Below are positions 26,590 through 41,500 of a stretch of DNA of 64,000 nucleotides, piece by piece. The DNA is taken from the NCBI RefSeq assembly GCF_009914755.1, contig NC_060943.1; one strand, given 5' to 3'. A program made the translations under genes and the position numbers. Source of the stretch: the human T2T-CHM13v2.0 reference genome, Homo sapiens. A model generated the notes under the pieces. That model was not told the DNA's origin. It was given only the letters and a program-made list of their open reading frames with translations, and made no database searches. The first letter of the stretch is position 1. Every line of letters begins with the position of its first letter.

Positions 26590-29500
26590 CATTCTCAGAA
26601 ACTTCTTTGTGATGTGTGCGTTGAACCCAGAGAGATGAACCTTTCCTTTGATAGAGCAGTTTTGAAACGTGTTTTTGTAAGATCGGCAAGCGGATAATTG
26701 GCTTCGCTTTGTGTCCTTTGGTGGAAACGGGAATATCTTCTAATAAAAACTAGACAGAAATATTCTCAGAATCTCCTTTGTGATGTGGGCATTCAACTAA
26801 CACAGTTGAACATTTCTTTTCACAGAGCAGTTTTGAAACACTCTTTTGGTAGAATCTGCCAGTGGATATTTGGAGCGCTTGGAGGGCTATTGTGCCAATG
26901 GAAATATCTGCCCCTGAAAACTAGACAGAAGCATGCTCAGAAACTACTTCGTGATGTCTGCATTCAACACACAGAGTTGAACATACCTCTTCACAGAGCA
27001 GTTTTGAAAACCTCTTTCTGTAGAATCTGCAAGTGGATATTCGGACCACTTTGAGGCCTTCATAGGAAACAGTAATATCTTCACATAAAAACTAGATAGA
27101 AGCATTGTCAGAAAGTTCTTTGTGATGTGTGAATTCAACTCACAGAGTTGAACCTTCCTTTAATAGAGCAGTTTTGAAACACTCTTTTTCTAGAATCTGC
27201 AAGTAGATATTTGGAGCGCTTTGAGGCCTTCGTTGGAAACCGGAATATCTTCACAGGAAAAGTAGATAGAGGCATTCTCAGAAACTTTTTTGTGATATGT
27301 AGATTCAACTCACAGCGTTGAACCTTTCTTTGGATGGAGCAGTTTTGAAAAACTCTTTTATCGAATCTGCAGGTAGACATTTGGGGTGCTTTGAGGGCTG
27401 TGGTGCAAAAGGAAATGTCTTCCCATAGAAACTAGACTGAAGCATTCTCAGCAACTTCTTGGTGACGTTTGCATTCATCTCACAGTTTTGAACATACCTT
27501 TCCATAGAGTGGTTTTGAAACACTGTTTTTGTAGAATCGGCAAGTGGATATTTGGACTGCTTTGAGGCCTTCATCGGAAACGGGAATATCTTCACATAAA
27601 CACTAGAGAGAAGCATTCTCAGAAACTTCTTTGTCATCTGTCCATTCAACTCACAGAGTTGAACCTTCCTTTTTATGGAGCAGTTTTGAAACACTCCTTT
27701 TGGAGAATCTGCAAGTGGATATTTGGAGCGCTTTGAGGCCTATGGTAGAAAAAGAAATATCTGCCTCTAAAAACCAGACAGAAGCATTCCGAGAAACTTC
27801 TTTGTGATGTTTGCATTCAACTAGCAGAGTTGAACCTTCCTTTTGATAGGGCAGTTTGGAAACACTCTTTTTGTAGAATCTGCATGTGGATATCTGGAGC
27901 GGTTTGAGGCCTACGGTCAAAAAGGAAATATCTTCCTGGGAAAAATAGACGAAAGCATTCTCAGAAAGTGCTTTGTGATATGTGCATTCGACTCACCGAG
28001 TTGAAACTTTTTTTTGATAGAGCAGTTTTGAAACACTCTGTAGAATCTGAAAGTGGATATTTGGAGCTCTTTGAGGGCTATGGCGGAAAAGAAAATATAT
28101 TCACATTAAAGTAGACAGCAGCATTCTCAGAAACTTCTTTAGGATGTTTGCAGTAAACTCACAGAGTTGAACCTACCTTTCCGTAGAGCAGTTTTGAAAC
28201 ACTCTGTTTGTGGGATCCGCAAGTGGATATTTGGACCGCTTTGAGACCTTTGCTGGAAATGGGAATATCTTCACATATAAACTAGACAGAAGCATTCTCA
28301 GAAACTTCTTCGTGATGTGTGCATTCTCCTCCCGAATTTGAATCTTCCTTTTCATGAAGCAGTTTTGAAACACTCTGTTTGTGCAATCCACAATTGGATA
28401 ATTGGAACGCTTTGATGCCCATGGTAGAAAAGGAAATATCCTCATATAAAAACTAGACAGAAGGATTCACAGAAAATGCTTTGTGATGTGTGCATTCAAA
28501 TCACAGAGTTGAATCTTTCTTTTGTCAGAGCAGTTTTGAAACACTGTTACTGTGGAATCTGCCAGCGGACACTTGGAGCGCTTTGAGGGCTATGGTGGAG
28601 AAGGAAATATCTTCCCATAAAAACTAGAAAGAAGCATTCTCAGAAACATTTATGTGAAGCGTGCATTCAACTCACAGAGTTGAACCTTCCTTTTGATACA
28701 ACAGTTTTGAAACACTCTTTGGAACAATTGCAGGTGAATCTTTGGAGCGCTTTGAAGCCTTTGTTGGAAATGGGAATATCTTCACACACAAACTAGCCAG
28801 AAGCATTCCCAGAAACTTCTTTGTGATGTGTGCGTTGAACCCAGAGAGATGAACCTTTCCTGTGATAGAGCAGTTTTGAAACGTGTTTTTGTAAGATCGG
28901 CAAGCGGATAATTGGCTTCGCTTTGTGTCCTTTGGTGGAAACGGGAATATCTTCTAATAAAAACTAGACAGAAATATTCTCAGAATCTCCTTTGTGATGT
29001 GGGCATTCAACTAACACAGTTGAACATTTCTTTTCACAGAGCAGTTTTGAAACACTCTTTTGGTAGAATCTGCCAGTGGATATTTGGAGCGCTTGGAGGG
29101 CTATTGTGCCAATGGAAATATCTGCCCCTGAAAACTAGACAGAAGCATTCTCAGAAACTACTTCGTGATGTCTGCATTCAACACACAGAGTTGAACATAC
29201 CTCTTCACAGAGCAGTTTTGAAAACCTCTTTCTGTAGAATCTGCAAGTGGATATTCGGACCACTTTGAGGCCTTCATAGGAAACAGTAATATCTTCACAT
29301 AAAAACTAGATAGAAGCATTGTCAGAAAGTTCTTTGTGATGTGTGAATTCAACTCACAGAGTTGAACCTTCCTTTAATAGAGCAGTTTTGAAACACTCTT
29401 TTTCTAGAATCTGCAAGTAGATATTTTGAGCGCTTTGAGGCCTTCGTTGGAAACCGGAATATCTTCACAGGAAAAGTAGATAGAGGCATTCTCAGAAACT

Positions 29501-32500
29501 TTTTTGTGATATGTAGATTCAACTCACAGCGTTGAACCTTTCTTTGGATGGAGCAGTTTTGAAAAACTCTTTTATCGAATCTGCAGGTAGACATTTGGGG
29601 TGCTTTGAGGGCTGTGGTGCAAAAGGAAATGTCTTCCCATAGAAACTAGACTGAAGCATTCTCAGCAACTTCTTGGTGACGTTTGCATTCATCTCACAGT
29701 GTTGAACATACCTTTCCATAGAGTGGTTTTGAAACACTGTTTTTGTAGAATCGGCAATTGGATATTTGGACTGCTTTGAGGCCTTCATCGGAAACGGGAA
29801 TATCTTCACATAAACACTAGAGAGAAGCATTCTCAGAAACTTCTTTGTGATCTGTCCATTCAACTCACAGAGTTGAACCTTCCTTTTTATGGAGCAGTTT
29901 TGAAACACTCCTTTTGGAGAATCTGCAAGTGGATATTTGGAGCGCTTTGAGGCCTATGGTAGAAAAAGAAATATCTGCCTCTAAAAACCAGACAGAAGCA
30001 TTCCGAGAAACTTCTTTGTGATGTTTGCATTTAAGTAGCAGAGTTGAACCTTCCTTTTGATAGGGCAGTTTGGAAACACTCTTTTTGTAGAATCTGCATG
30101 TGGATATCTGGAGCGGTTTGAGGCCTACGGTCAAAAAGGAAATATCTTCCTGGGAAAAATAGACGAAAGCATTCTCAGAAACTGCTTTGTGATATGTGCA
30201 TTCGACTCACCGAGTTGAAACTTTTTTTTGATAGAGCAGTTTTGAAACACTCTGTAGAATCTGAAAGTGGATATTTGGAGCTCTTTGAGGGCTATGGCGG
30301 AAAAGAAAATATATTCACATTAAAGTAGACAGCAGCATTCTCAGAAACTTCTTTAGGATGTTTGCAGTAAACTCACAGAGTTGAACCTACCTTTCCGTAG
30401 AGCAGTTTTGAAACACTCTGTTTGTGGGATCCGCAAGTGGATATTTGGACCGCTTTGAGACCTTTGCTGGAAATGGGAATATCTTCACATATAAACTAGA
30501 CAGAAGCATTCTCAGAAACTTCTTCATGATGTGTGCATTCTCCTCCCGAATTTGAATCTTCCTTTTCATGAAGCAGTTTTGAAACACTCTGTTTGTGCAA
30601 TCCACAATTGGATAATTGGAACGCTTTGATGCCCATGGTAGAAAAGGAAATATCCTCATATAAAAACTAGACAGAAGGATTCACAGAAAATGCTTTGTGA
30701 TGTGTGCATTCAAATCACGGAGTTGAATCTTTCTTTTGTCAGAGCAGTTTTGAAACACTGTTACTGTGGAATCTTCCAGCGGACACTTGGAGCGCTTTGA
30801 GGGCTATGGTGGAGAAGGAAATATCTTCACATAAAAACTAGAAAGAAGCATTCTCAGAAACATTTATGTGAAGCGTGCATTCAACTCACAGAGTTGAACC
30901 TTCCTTTTGATACAACAGTTTTGAAACACTCTTTGGAACAATTGCAGGTGAATCTTTGGAGCGCTTTGAAGCCTTTGTTGGAAATGGGAATATCTTCACA
31001 CACAAACTAGCCAGAAGCATTCCCAGAAACTTCTTTGTGATGTGTGCGTTGAACCCAGAGAGATGAACCTTTCCTTTGATAGAGCAGTTTTGAAACGTGT
31101 TTTTGTAAGATCGGCAAGCGGATAATTGGCTTCGCTTTGTGTCCTTTGTTGGAAACGGGAATATCTTCTAATAAAAACTAGACAGAAATATTCTCAGAAT
31201 CTCCTTTGTGATGTGGGCATTCAACTAACACAGTTGAACATTTCTTTTCACAGAGCAGTTTTGAAACACTCTTTTGGTAGAATCTGCCAGTGGATATTTG
31301 GAGCGCTTGGAGGGCTATTGTGCCAATGGAAACATCTGCCCCTGAAAACTAGACAGAAGCATTCTCAGAAACTACTTCGTGATGTCTGCATTCAACACAC
31401 AGAGTTGAACATACCTCTTCACAGAGCAGTTTTGAAAACCTCTTTCTGTAGAATCTGCAAGTGGATATTCGGACCACTTTGAGGCCTTCATAGGAAACAG
31501 TAATATCTTCACATAAAAACTAGATAGAAGCATTGTCAGAAACTTCTTTGTGATGTGTGAATTCAACTCACAGAGTTGAACCTTCCTTTAATAGAGCAGT
31601 TGTGAAACACTCTTTTTCTAGAATCTGCAAGTAGATATTTGGAGCGCTTTGAGGCCTTCGTTGGAAACCGGAATATCTTCACAGGAAAAGTAGATAGAGG
31701 CATTCTCAGAAACTTTTTTGTGATATGTAGATTCAACTCACAGCGTTGAACCTTTCTTTGGATGGAGCAGTTTTGAAAAACTCTTTTATCGAATCTGCAG
31801 GTAGACATTTGGGGTGCTTTGAGGGCTGTGGTGCAAAAGGAAATGTCTTCCCATAGAAACTAGACTGAAGCATTCTCAGCAACTTCTTGGTGACGTTTGC
31901 ATTCATCTCACAGTGTTGAACATACCTTTCCATAGAGTGGTTTTGAAACACTGTTTTTGTAGAATCGGCAAGTGGATATTTGGACTGCTTTCAGGCCTTC
32001 ATCGGAAACGGGAATATCTTCACATAAACACTAGAGAGAAGCATTCTCAGAAACTTCTTTGTCATCTGTCCATTCAACTCACAGAGTTGAACCTTCCTTT
32101 TTATGGAGCAGTTTTGAAACACTCCTTTTGGAGAATCTGCAAGTGGATATTTGGAGCGCTTTGAGGCCTATGGTAGAAAAAGAAATATCTGCCTCTAAAA
32201 ACCAGACAGAAGCATTCCGAGAAACTTCTTTGAGATGTTTGCATTCAACTAGCAGAGTTGAACCTTCCTTTTGATAGGGCAGTTTGGAAACACTCTTTTT
32301 GTAGAATCTGCATGTGGATATCTGGAGCGGTTTGAGGCCTACGGTCAAAAAGGAAATATCTTCCTGGGAAAAATAGACGAAAGCATTCTCAGAAAGTGCT
32401 TTGTGATATGTGCATTCGACTCACCGAGTTGAAACTTTTTTTTGATAGAGCAGTTTTGAAACACTCTGTAGAATCTGAAAGTGGATATTTGGAGCTCTTT

Positions 32501-35500
32501 GAGGGCTATGGCGGAAAAGAAAATATATTCACATTAAAGTAGACAGCAGCATTCTCAGAAACTTCTTTAGGATGTTTGCAGTAAACTCACAGAGTTGAAC
32601 CTACCTTTCCGTAGAGCAGTTTTGAAACACTCTGTTTGTGGGATCCGCAAGTGGATATTTGGACCGCTTTGAGACCTTTCCTGGAAATGGGAATATCTTC
32701 ACATATAAACTAGACAGAAGCATTCTCAGAAACTTCTTCATGATGTGTGCATTCTCCTCGCGAATTTGAATCTTCCTTTTCATGAAGCAGTTTTGAAACA
32801 CTCTGTTTGTGCAATCCACAATTGGATAATTGGAACGCTTTGATGCCCATGGTAGAAAAGGAAATATCCTCATATAAAAACTAGACAGAAGGATTCACAG
32901 AAAATGCTTTGTGATGTGTGCATTCAAATCACGGAGTTGAATCTTTCTTTTGTCAGAGCAGTTTTGAAACACTGTTTCTGTGGAATCTGCCAGCGGACAC
33001 TTGGAGCGCTTTGAGGGCTATGGTGGAGAAGGAAATATCTTCCCATAAAAACTAGAAAGAAGCATTCTCAGAAACATTTATGTGAAGCGTGCATTCAACT
33101 CACAGAGTTGAACCTTCCTTTTGATACAACAGTTTTGAAACACTCTTTTGAACAATTGCAGGTGAATCTTTGGAGCGCTTTGAAGCCTTTGTTGGAAATG
33201 AGAATATCTTCACACACAAACTAGCCAGAAGCATTCTCAGAAACTTCTTTGTGATGTGTGCGTTGAACCCAGAGAGATGAACCTTTCCTTTGATAGAGCA
33301 GTTTTGAAACGTGTTTTTGTAAGATCGGCAAGCGGATAATTGGCTTCGCTTTGTGTCCTTTGGTGGAAACGGGAATATCTTCTAATAAAAACTAGACAGA
33401 AATATTCTCAGAATCTCCTTTGTGATGTGGGCATTCAACTAACACAGTTGAACATTTCTTTTCACAGAGCAGTTTTGAAACACTCTTTTGGTAGAATCTG
33501 CCAGTGGATACTTGGAGCGCTTGGAGGGCTATTGTGCCAATGGAAATATCTGCCCCTGAAAACTAGACAGAAGCATTCTCAGAAACTACTTCGTGATGTC
33601 TGCATTCAACACACAGAGTTGAACATACCTCTTCACAGAGCAGTTTTGAAAACCTCTTTCTGTAGAATCTGCAAGTGGATATTCGGACCACTTTGAGGCC
33701 TTCATAGGAAACAGTAATATCTTCACATAAAAACTAGATAGAAGCATTGTCAGAAAGTTCTTTGTGATGTGTGAATTCAACTCACAGAGTTGAACCTTCC
33801 TTTAATAGAGCAGTTTTGAAACACTCTTTTTCTAGAATCTGCAAGTAGATATTTGGAGCGCTTTGAGGCCTTCGTTGGAAACCGGAATATCTTCACAGGA
33901 AAAGTAGATAGAGGCATTCTCAGAAACTTTTTTGTGATATGTAGATTCAACTCACAGCGTTGAACCTTTCTTTGGATGGAGCAGTTTTGAAAAACTCTTT
34001 TATCGAATCTGCAGGTAGACATTTGGGGTGCTTTGAGGGCTGTGGTGCAAAAGGAAATGTCTTCCCATAGAAACTAGACTGAAGCATTCTCAGCAACTTC
34101 TTGGTGACGTTTGCATTCATCTCACAGTGTTGAACATACCTTTCCATAGAGTGGTTTTGAAACACTGTTTTTGTAGAATCGGCAAGTGGATATTTGGACT
34201 GCTTTGAGGCCTTCATCGGAAACGGGAATATCTTCACATAAACACTAGAGAGAAGCATTCTCAGAAACTTCTTTGTCATCTGTCCATTCAACTCACAGAG
34301 TTGAACCTTCCTTTTTATGGAGCAGTTTTGAAACACTCCTTTTGGAGAATCTGCAAGTGGATATTTGGAGCGCTTTGAGGCCTATGGTAGAAAAAGAAAT
34401 ATCTGCCTCTAAAAACCAGACAGAAGCATTCCGAGAAACTTCTTTGTGATGTTTGCATTCAACTAGCAGAGTTGAACCTTCCTTTTGATAGGGCAGTTTG
34501 GAAACACTCTTTTTGTAGAATCTGCATGTGGATATCTGGAGCGGTTTGAGGCCTACGGTCAAAAAGGAAATATCTTCCTGGGAAAAATAGACGAAAGCAT
34601 TCTCAGAAAGTGCTTTGTGATATGTGCATTCGACTCACCGAGTTGAAACTTTTTGTTGATAGAGCAGTTTTGAAACACTCTGTAGAATCTGAAAGTGGAT
34701 AGTTGGAGCTCTTTGACGGCTATGGCGGAAAAGAAAATATATTCACATTAAAGTAGACAGCAGCATTCTCAGAAACTTCTTTAGGATGTTTGCAGTAAAC
34801 TCACAGAGTTGAACCTACCTTTCCGTAGAGCAGTTTTGAAACACTCTGTTTGTGGGATCCGCAAGGGGATATTTGGACCGCTTTGAGACCTTTGCTGGAA
34901 ATGGGAATATCTTCACATATAAACTAGACAGAAGCATTCTCAGAAACTTCTTCGTGATGTGTGCATTCTCCTCCCGAATTTGAATCTTCCTTTTCATGAA
35001 GCAGTTTTGAAACACTCTGTTTGTGCAATCCACAATTGGATAATTGGAACGCTTTGATGCCCATGGTAGAAAAGGAAATATCCTCATATAAAAACTAGAC
35101 AGAAGGATTCACAGAAAATGCTTTGTGATGTGTGCATTCAAATCACGGAGTTGAATCTTTCTTTTGTCAGAGCAGTTTTGAAACACTGTTTCTGTGGAAT
35201 CTGCCAGCGGACACTTGGAGCGCTTTGAGGGCTACGGTGGAGAAGGAAATATCTTCCCATAAAAACTAGAAAGAAGCATTCTCAGAAACATTTATGTGAA
35301 GCGTGCATTCAACTCACAGAGTTGAACCTTCCTTTTGATACAACAGTTTTGAAACACTCTTTTGAACAATTGCAGGTGAATCTTTGGAGCGCTTTGAAGC
35401 CTTTGTTGGAAATGGGAATATCTTCACACACAAACTAGCCAGAAGCATTCTCAGAAACTTCTTTGTGATGTGCGCGTTGAACCCAGAGAGATGAACCTTT

Positions 35501-38500
35501 CCTTTGATAGAGCAGTTTTGAAACGTGTTTTTGTAAGATCGGCAAGCGGATAATTGGCTTCGCTTTGTGTCCTTTGGTGGAAACGGGAATATCTTCTAAT
35601 AAAAACTAGACAGAAATATTCTCAGAATCTCCTTTGTGATGTGGGCATTCAACTAACACAGTTGAACATTTCTTTTCACAGAGCAGTTTTGAAACACTCT
35701 TTTGGTAGAATCTGCCAGTGGATATTTGGAGCGCTTGGAGGGCTATTGTGCCAATGGAAATATCTGCCCCTGAAAACTAGACAGAAGCATTCTCAGAAAC
35801 TACTTCGTGATGTCTGCATTCAACACACAGAGTTGAACATACCTCTTCACAGAGCAGTTTTGAAAACCTCTTTCTGTAGAATCTGCAAGTGGATATTCGG
35901 ACCACTTTGAGGCCTTCATAGGAAACAGTAATATCTTCACATAAAAACTAGATAGAAGCATTGTCAGAAAGTTCTTTGTGATGTGTGAATTCAACTCACA
36001 GAGTTGAACCTTCCTTTAATAGAGCAGTTTTGAAACACTCTTTTTCTAGAATCTGCAAGTAGATATTTGGAGCGCTTTGAGGCCTTCGTTGGAAACCGGA
36101 ATATCTTCACAGGAAAAGTAGATAGAGGCATTCTCAGAAACTTTTTTGTGATATGTAGATTCAACTCACAGCGTTGAACCTTTCTTTGGATGGAGCAGTT
36201 TTGAAAAACTCTTTTATCGAATCTGCAGGTAGACATTCGGGGTGCTTTGAGGGCTGTGGTGCAAAAGGAAATGTCTTCCCATAGAAACTAGACTGAAGCA
36301 TTCTCAGCAACTTCTTGGTGACGTTTGCATTCATCTCACAGTGTTGAACATACCTTTCCATAGAGTGGTTTTGAAACACTGTTTTTGTAGAATCGGCAAG
36401 TGGATATTTGGACTGCTTTCAGGCCTTCATCGGAAACGGGAATATCTTCACATAAACACTAGAGAGAAGCATTCTCAGAAACTTCTTTGTCATCTGTCCA
36501 TTCAACTCACAGAGTTGAACCTTCCTTTTTATGGAGCAGTTTTGAAACACTCCTTTTGGAGAATCTGCAAATGGATATTTGGAGCGCTTTGAGGCCTATG
36601 GTAGAAAAAGAAATATCTGCCTCTAAAAACCAGACAGAAGCATTCCGAGAAACTTCTTTGTGATGTTTGCATTCAACTAGCAGAGTTGAACCTTCCTTTT
36701 GATAGGGCAGTTTGGAAACACTCTTTTTGTAGAATCTGCATGTGGATATCTGGAGCGGTTTGAGGCCTACGGTCAAAAAGGAAATATCTTCCTGGGAAAA
36801 ATAGACGAAAGCATTCTCAGAAAGTGCTTTGTGATATGTGCATTCGACTCACCGAGTTGAAACCTTTTTTTGATAGAGCAGTTTTGAAACACTCTGTAGA
36901 ATCTGAAAGTGGATATTTGGAGCTCTTTGAGGGCTATGGCGGAAATGAAAATATATTCACATTAAAGTAGACAGCAGCATTCTCAGAAACTTCTTTAGGA
37001 TGTTTGCAGTAAACTCACAGAGTTGAACCTACCTTTCCGTAGAGCAGTTTTGAAACACTCTGTTTGTGGGATCCGCAAGTGGATATTTGGACCGCTTTGA
37101 GACCTTTGCTGGAAATGGGAATATCTTCACATATAAACTAGACAGAAGCATTCTCAGAAACTTCTTCGTGATGTGTGCATTCTCCTCGCGAATTTGAATC
37201 TTCCTTTTCATGAAGCAGTTTTGAAACACTCTGTTTGTGCAATCCACAATTGGATAATTGGAACGCTTTGATGCCCATGGTAGAAAAGGAAATATCCTCA
37301 TATAAAAACTAGACAGAAGGATTCACAGAAAATGCTTTGTGATGTGTGCATTCAAATCACGGAGTTGAATCTTTCTTTTGTCAGAGCAGTTTTGAAACAC
37401 TGTTTCTGTGGAATCTGCCAGCGGACACTTGGAGCGCTTTGAGGGCTATGGTTGAGAAGGAAATATCTTCCCATAAAAACTAGAAAGAAGCATTCTCAGA
37501 AACATTTATGTGAAGCGTGCATTCAACTCACAGAGTTGAACCTTCCTTTTGATACAACAGTTTTGAAACACTCTTTGGAACAATTGCAGTTGAATCTTTG
37601 GAGCGCTTTGAAGCCTTTGTTGCAAATGGGAATATCTTCACACACAAACTAGCCAGAAGCATTCTCAGAAACTTCTTTGTGATGTGTGCGTTGAACCCAG
37701 AGAGATGAACCTTTCCTTTGATAGAGCAGTTTTGAAGCGTGTTTTTGTAAGATCGGCAAGCGGATAATTGGCTTCGCTTTGTGTCCCTTGGTGGAAACGG
37801 GAATATCTTCTAATAAAAACTAGACAGAAATATTCTCAGAATCTCCTTTGTGATATGGGCATTCAACTAACACAGTTGAACATTTCTTTTCACAGAGCAG
37901 TTTTGAAACACTCTTTTGGTAGAATCTGCCAGTGGATATTTGGAGCGCTTGGAGGGCTATTGTGCCAATGGAAATATCTGCCCCTGAAAACTAGACAGAA
38001 GCATTCTCAGAAACTACTTCGTGATGTTTGCATTCAACACACAGAGTTGAACATACCTCTTCACAGAGCAGTTTTGAAAACCTCTTTCTGTAGAATCTGC
38101 AAGTGGATATTCGGACCACTTTGAGGCCTTCATAGGAAACAGTAATATCTTCACATAAAAACTAGATAGAAGCATTGTCAGAAAGTTCTTTGTGATGTGT
38201 GAATTCAACTCACAGAGTTGAACCTTCCTTTAATAGAGCAGTTTTGAAACACTCTTTTTTTAGAATCTGCAAGTAGATATTTCGAGCGCCTTGAGGCCTT
38301 CGTTGGAAACCGGAATATCTTCACAGGAAAAGTAGATAGAGGCATTCTCAGAAACTTTTTTGTGATATGTAGATTCAACTCACAGCGTTGAACCTTTCTT
38401 TGGATGGAGCAGTTTTGAAAAACTCTTTTATCGAATCTGCAGGTAGACATTTGGGGTGCTTTGAGGGCTGTGGTGCAAAAGGAAATGTCTTCCCATAGAA

Positions 38501-41500
38501 ACTAGACTGAAGCATTCTCAGCAACTTCTTGGTGACGTTTGCATGCATCTCACAGTGTTGAACATACCTTTCCATAGAGTGGTTTTGAAACACTGTTTTT
38601 GTAGAATCGGCAAGTGGATATTTGGACTGCTTTGAGGCCTTCATCGGAAACGGGAATATCTTCACATAAACACTAGAGAGAAGCATTCTCAGAAACTTCT
38701 TTGTCATCTGTCCATTCAACTCACAGAGTTGAACCTTCCTTTTTATGGAGCAGTTTTGAAACACTCCTTTTGGAGAATCTGCAAGTGGATATTTGGAGCG
38801 CTTTGAGGCCTATGGTAGAAAAAGAAATATCTGCCTCTAAAAACCACACAGAAGCATTCCGAGAAACTTCTTTGTGATGTTTGCATTCAACTAGCAGAGT
38901 TGAACCTTCCTTTTGATAGGGCAGTTTGGAAACACTCTTTTTGTAGAATCTGCATGTGGATATCTGGAGCGGTTTGAGGCCTACGGTCAAAAAGGAAATA
39001 TCTTCCTGGGAAAAATAGACGAAAGCATTCTCAGAAAGTGCTTTGTGATATGTGCATTCGACTCACCGAGTTGAAACCTTTTTTTGATAGAGCAGTTTTG
39101 AAACACTCTGTAGAATCTGAAAGTGGATATTTGGAGCTCTTTGAGGGCTATGGCGGAAATGAAAATATATTCACATTAAAGTAGACAGCAGCATTCTCAG
39201 AAACTTCTTTAGGATGTTTGCAGTAAACTCACAGAGTTGAACCTACCTTTCCGTAGAGCAGTTTTGAAACACTCTGTTTGTGGGATCCGCAAGTGGATAT
39301 TTGGACCGCTTTGAGACCTTTGCTGGAAATGGGAATATCTTCACATATAAACTAGACAGAAGCATTCTCAGAAACTTCTTCGTGATGTGTGCATTCTCCT
39401 CCCGAATTTGAATCTTCCTTTTCATGAAGCAGTTTTGAAACACTCTGTTTGTGCAATCCACAATTGGATAATTGGAACGCTTTGATGCCCATGGTAGAAA
39501 AGGAAATATCCTCATATAAAAACTAGACAGAAGGATTCACAGAAAATGCTTTGTGATGTGTGCATTCAAATCACGGAGTTGAATCTTTCTTTTGTCAGAG
39601 CAGTTTTGAAACACTGTTTCTGTGGAATCTGCCAGCGGACACTTGGAGCGCTTTGAGGGCTATGGTGGAGAAGGAAATATCTTCCCATAAAAACTAGAAA
39701 GAAGCATTCTCAGAAACATTTATGTGAAGCGTGCATTCAACTCACAGAGTTGAACCTTCCTTTTGATACAACAGTTTTGAAACACTCTTTGGAACAATTG
39801 CAGGTGAATCTTTGGAGCGCTTTGAAGCCTTTGTTGCAAATGGGAATATCTTCACACACAAACTAGCCAGAAGCATTCTCAGAAACTTCTTTGTGATGTG
39901 TGCGTTGAACCCAGAGAGATGAACCTTTCCTTTGATAGAGCAGTTTTGAAACGTGTTTTTGTAAGATCGGCAAGCAGATAATTGGCTTCGCTTTGTGTCC
40001 TTTGGTGGAAACGGGAATATCTTCTAATAAAAACTAGACAGAAATATTCTCAGAATCTCCTTTGTGATGTGGGCATTCAACTAACACAGTTGAACATTTC
40101 TTTTCACAGAGCAGTTTTGAAACACTCTTTTGGTAGAATCTGCCAGTGGATATTTGGAGCGCTTGGAGGGCTATTGTGCCAATGGAAATATCTGCCCCTG
40201 AAAACTAGACAGAAGCATTCTCAGAAACTACTTCGTGATGTCTGCATTCAACACACAGAGTTGAACATACCTCTTCACAGAGCAGTTTTGAAAACCTCTT
40301 TCTGTAGAATCTGCAAGTGGATATTCGGACCACTTTGAGGCCTTCATAGGAAACAGTAATATCTTCACATAAAAACTAGATAGAAGCATTGTCAGAAAGT
40401 TCTTTGTGATGTGTGAATTCAACTCACAGAGTTGAACCTTCCTTTAATAGAGCAGTTTTGAAACACTCTTTTTCTAGAATCTGCAAGTAGATATTTGGAG
40501 CGCTTTGAGGCCTTCGTTGGAAACCGGAATATCTTCACAGGAAAAGTAGATAGAGGCATTCTCAGAAACTTTTTTGTGATATGTAGATTCAACTCACAGC
40601 CTTGAACCTTTCTTTGGATGGAGCAGTTTTGAAAAACTCTTTTATCGAATCTGCAGGTAGACATTTGGGGTGCTTTGAGGGCTGTGGTGCAAAAGGAAAT
40701 GTCTTCCCATAGAAACTAGACTGAAGCATTCTCAGCAACTTCTTGGTGACGTTTGCATTCATCTCACAGTGTTGAACATACCTTTCCATAGAGTGGTTGT
40801 GAAACACTGTTTTTGTAGAATCGGCAAGTGGATATTTGGACTGCTTTGAGGCCTTCGTCGGAAACGGGAATATCTTCACATAAACATTAGAGAGAAGCAT
40901 TCTCAGAAACTTCTTTGTCATCTGTCCATTCAACTCACAGAGTTGAACCTTCCTTTTTATGGAGCAGTTTTGAAACACTCCTTTTGGAGAATCTGCAAGT
41001 GGATATTTGGAGCGCTTTGAGGCCTATGGTAGAAAAATAAATATCTGCCTCTAAAAACCAGACAGAAGCATTCCGAGAAACTTCTTTGTGATGTTTGCAT
41101 TCAACTAGCAGAGTTGAACCTTCCTTTTGATAGGGCAGTTTGGAAACACTCTTTTTGTAGAATCTGCATGTGGATATCTGGAGCGGTTTGAGGCCTACGG
41201 TCAAAAAGGAAATATCTTCCTGGGAAAAATAGACGAAAGCATTCTCAGAAAGTGCTTTGTGATATGTGCATTCGACTCACCGAGTTGAAACTTTTTTTTG
41301 ATAGAGCAGTTTTGAAACACTCTGTAGAATCTGAAAGTGGATAGTTGGAGCTCTTTGACGGCTATGGCGGAAAAGAAAATATATTCACATTAAAGTAGAC
41401 AGCAGCATTCTCAGAAACTTCTTTAGGATGTTTGCAGTAAACTCACAGAGTTGAACCTACCTTTCCGTAGAGCAGTTTTGAAACACTCTGTTTGTGGGAT

